Of a stretch of 64,000 nucleotides of DNA, positions 60,796 through 64,000 are shown piece by piece (positions within the stretch are counted from its first letter, which is position 1; every line of letters starts with the position of its first letter). The notes under the pieces were generated by a model. It was given only the letters and a program-made list of their open reading frames with translations. It searched no databases and had not been told where the DNA came from. The stretch lies in assembly GCA_964016885.1 (NCBI GenBank), contig OZ024756.1, positions 7,750,001 to 7,814,000 of the forward strand, in the 5' to 3' direction. The position numbers and the translations under genes are program-made. This DNA is from Eledone cirrhosa (lineage: Eukaryota).

Positions 60796-62719
60796 CAGGC
60801 TGTATCAAAAGGAATCATCCGATTGTATTTACAATTTTTACAAATACTCCATTTGTAAATAACTTTATAAAAATTTATAAAAGTTATAAAAAAAGAATCA
60901 AACTTTATATTCAGACATGTATTGTACAAGTTACCACATGGTTATATGTTAAGACATGCATTGTACATGTTACCACATGGTTATATGTTAGGACATGTAT
61001 TGTAGAAGTTACCACATGGTTATATGTTAAGACATGTATTGTACATGTTACCACATGGTTATATGTTAGGACATGTATTGTACATGTTACCACATGGTTA
61101 TATGTTAGGAGATGTAGTGTACATGTTACCACATGGTTATATGTTAGGACATGTATTGTACAAGTTACCACATGGTTATATGTTAAGACATGTATTGTAC
61201 ATGTTACCACATGGTTATATGTTAGGACATGTATTGTACATGTTACCACGCGGTTATATGTTAAGACATGTATTGTACATGTTACCACATGGTTATATGT
61301 TAGGACATGTATTGTACAAGTTACCACATGGTTATATGTTAAGACATATATTGTACATGTTACCACATAGTTATATGTTAGGACATGTAGTGTACATGTT
61401 ACCACATGGTTATATGTTAGGATATGTAGTGTACATGTTACCACATGGTTATATGTTAGGACATGTATTGTACATGTTACCACATGGTTATATGTTAGGA
61501 CATGTATTGTACAAGTTACCACATGGTTATATGTTAAGACATATATTGTACATGTTACCACATGGTTATATGTTAGGACATGTAGTGTACACGTTACCAC
61601 ATGGTTATATGTTGGGATATGTAGTGTACATGTTACCATATGGTTATATGTTAGGACATGTAGTGTACATGTTACCACATGATTATATGTTAAGACATGT
61701 ATTGTACATGTTACCACATGGTTATATGTTAAGACATGTATTGTACATGTTACCACATGGTTATATGTTAGGACATGTATTGTACAAGTTACCACATGGT
61801 TGTATGTTAAGACATATATTGTACATGTTACCACATGGTTATATGTTAGGACATGTAGTGTACATGTTACCACACGGTTATATGTTAGGACATGTATTGT
61901 ACAAGTTACCACATGGTTATATGTTAAGACATGTATTGTACATGTTACCACATGGTTATATGTTAGGACATGTATTGTACATGTTACCACGTGGTTATAT
62001 GTTAAGACATGTATTGTACATGTTACCACATGGTTATATGTTAGGACATGTATTGTACAAGTTACCACATGGTTATATGTTAAGACATATATTGTACATG
62101 TTACCACATGGTTATATGTTAGGACATGTAGTGTACATGTTACCACATGGTTATATGTTAGGACATGTAGTGTACATGTTACCACATGATTATATGTTAA
62201 GACATGTATTGTACATGTTACCACATGGTTATATGTTAAGACATGTATTGTACATGTTACCACATGGTTATATGTTAGGACATGTATTGTACAAGTTACC
62301 ACATAGTTGTATGTTAAGACATATATTGTACATGTTACCACATGGTTATATGTTAGGACATGTATTGTACAAGTTACCACATGGTTATATGTTAAGACAT
62401 ATATTGTACATGTTACCACATGGTTATATGTTAGGACATGTAGTGTACATGTTACAACATGGTTATATGTTAGGACATGTATTGTAGATGTTACCACATG
62501 GTTATATGTTAAGACATGTATTGTACATGTTACCACATGGTTATATATTAGGACATGTATTGTACATGTTACCACATCGATATATGTTAGGACATGTATT
62601 GTACAAGTTACCACATGGTTATATGTTAAGACATGTATTGTACATGTTACCACATGGTTATATGGTGATTTGTTTAAAAAATGTAGACTTTTGAAATATA
62701 GCATTTTTAATACATCCTA
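60796..62719. mobile_element. Tc1/mariner-type MITE inflated by a 39-bp satellite (about 45 units, 60912-62664)
   Basis: TA|CAGGCTGTATCAAAA...TTTTAATACATCCTA|TA; the flanks match 15595-15754 in reverse orientation. Confidence 0.75.
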
Positions 62720-62767
62720 TATATATAATAAGGCGGCGAATTGGCAGTCGTTAAAATGTCAGATAGA

Positions 62768-64000
62768 ATGCATGTCAAACTCAGGAACCCCAAGGGCCGC
62801 ATGGGTCACATATGTGTTGTCTGAGGGCCGCAAAAGACACCTAATTAAAGTCATTTAATAAAATTGTATTGCAGAAAAATTTGTTACTTAAATTTAGAAA
62901 CCTACAATGTGCTTACAAATGTTTTAGCAGCATTCATGAATAGAAAGTAATGAAGTGGTTTGACAAAAAAAAATAAAATTTAAAATGTCAACATATACTT
63001 GCAGCTTGCAACAGCAACAAATACATTGTACACAAATTACAACAGTTCAAAACTGAACATTTATTTGTTACTATTCAACTATTTTTAGTGTTTTGTCCTG
63101 AAGCTTAACACCTCTTTTTGTTGCCAATTTTTGGTATGTCTGGTTGAAATGTCTGTACAGTTCTGACTTTGATCAGAGATGACAAGTGCTGATCTGTCAG
63201 CCTTGTTCTCTGAGAAGTTTTTTGTTAATTTCACGAAGGAAAATATTTGTCCACTCACATAGGTAGCACCAAACATTGCCATAATCTTTGTGACAAACTT
63301 TCTGAAGTTTTTCAACTTTTCAGGAAGGTAGAAAAGAAAGCAGGTATCTCCACTTCAAGATACTTTGCTCTGAGTGTAGAATCTGACTGCATTTCCAATA
63401 GTTCCATCTAAAGGTTTTCTTCTTCCTTGGCAACATCAAGGGTGGGTGGTGCTGAGAATAATGTAAAGTGGTGTTCAAAAGATGAGAAATCACAAAATCT
63501 TTCCTGAAATTCCTTTGACAACAATTCCAGGTGACTGTCATACTTAGCAAGGCTAAGTACAGACCAGTATTGAAAGTGTTTTTCAGCTCTTTGCACGTAG
63601 GAAAATGAACTAAATTTTTATTTGACAACTGTGACTACCATAAGCTTAGTTTTGTAATGAAGATCTCGATCTCAACACACAACTGAGTGATGGGTTTGTT
63701 TTACCGTGTAATTTCAATTTCAAATTAAGATCAGTTAATTGTGCAGTAATATCCACAGCAACAGTCAGATCTTGGAGCCAACTTTCATCTTTTATTTCAT
63801 CTGTTTTGACTTTTCATCTCCAAAAAGATAATTATTTCTTGTCTCAACAAATAGAATCTTTTCAGCACTTTGTGACATGACAACCAACAGACTTCTGTGT
63901 CGAATGGAACATCGGTGAACTGATTATCCAAATCTTCCAACAACTGGCTGAACTGACGGTGGTTGAGAGCACGGCCTCTGGTATAGTTCACTGTCTGTGT
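62768..64000 (-). mobile_element. hAT (SPIN/Charlie, GTF2IRD2-like) transposase relic with its 3' terminus
   Basis: ALNHRQFSQLL..TEVCWLS..VLKRF, LVHFPTC, EFQERFCDF, AMFGATYVSGQIFS; terminal region CATGTCAAACTC..GGGCCGCA; multiple frameshifts. Confidence 0.9.

Noticed and set aside
60911-62704. 597-aa and 487-aa repeat ORFs
   Set aside because: A 39-bp satellite is open in several frames on both strands and lies inside a MITE.

Overview
AT-rich, microsatellite-saturated eukaryotic repeat DNA with no recognisable host gene. The tRNA-derived SINE family and repeat landscape suggest an octopus or other cephalopod (inference). The window is dominated by Penelope-like retroelements (PLEs). One is a young, near-intact ~1273-codon RT+GIY-YIG element forming a 7.15-kb head-to-head inverted structure (33669-40822); the rest are Naiad-type and other degenerate copies plus many solo pLTR or non-autonomous pieces. 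Most PLE pieces end in (TA)n, many carry a minimal hammerhead ribozyme (HHR) motif (about 20 copies found by eye), and many occur as two inverted arms whose 3' ends point outward, at scales from 14 bp to 7 kb. Also present: two tandem R4/Dong-like RLE LINEs, SINEs, Tc1/mariner-type MITEs, a hAT transposase relic and several minisatellites that apparently grew out of transposon sequence. Best leads: (1) a permuted hammerhead with a covarying multi-way junction in place of stem II, in two divergent copies; (2) double-ended PLE insertion into (TA)n; (3) a 525-bp HHR-bearing retrozyme-like unit in duplicated palindromes with a flipped centre; (4) satellites born from an RT active-site motif and from a MITE. 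All alignments and folds were done by eye; coordinates may be off by a few nt.
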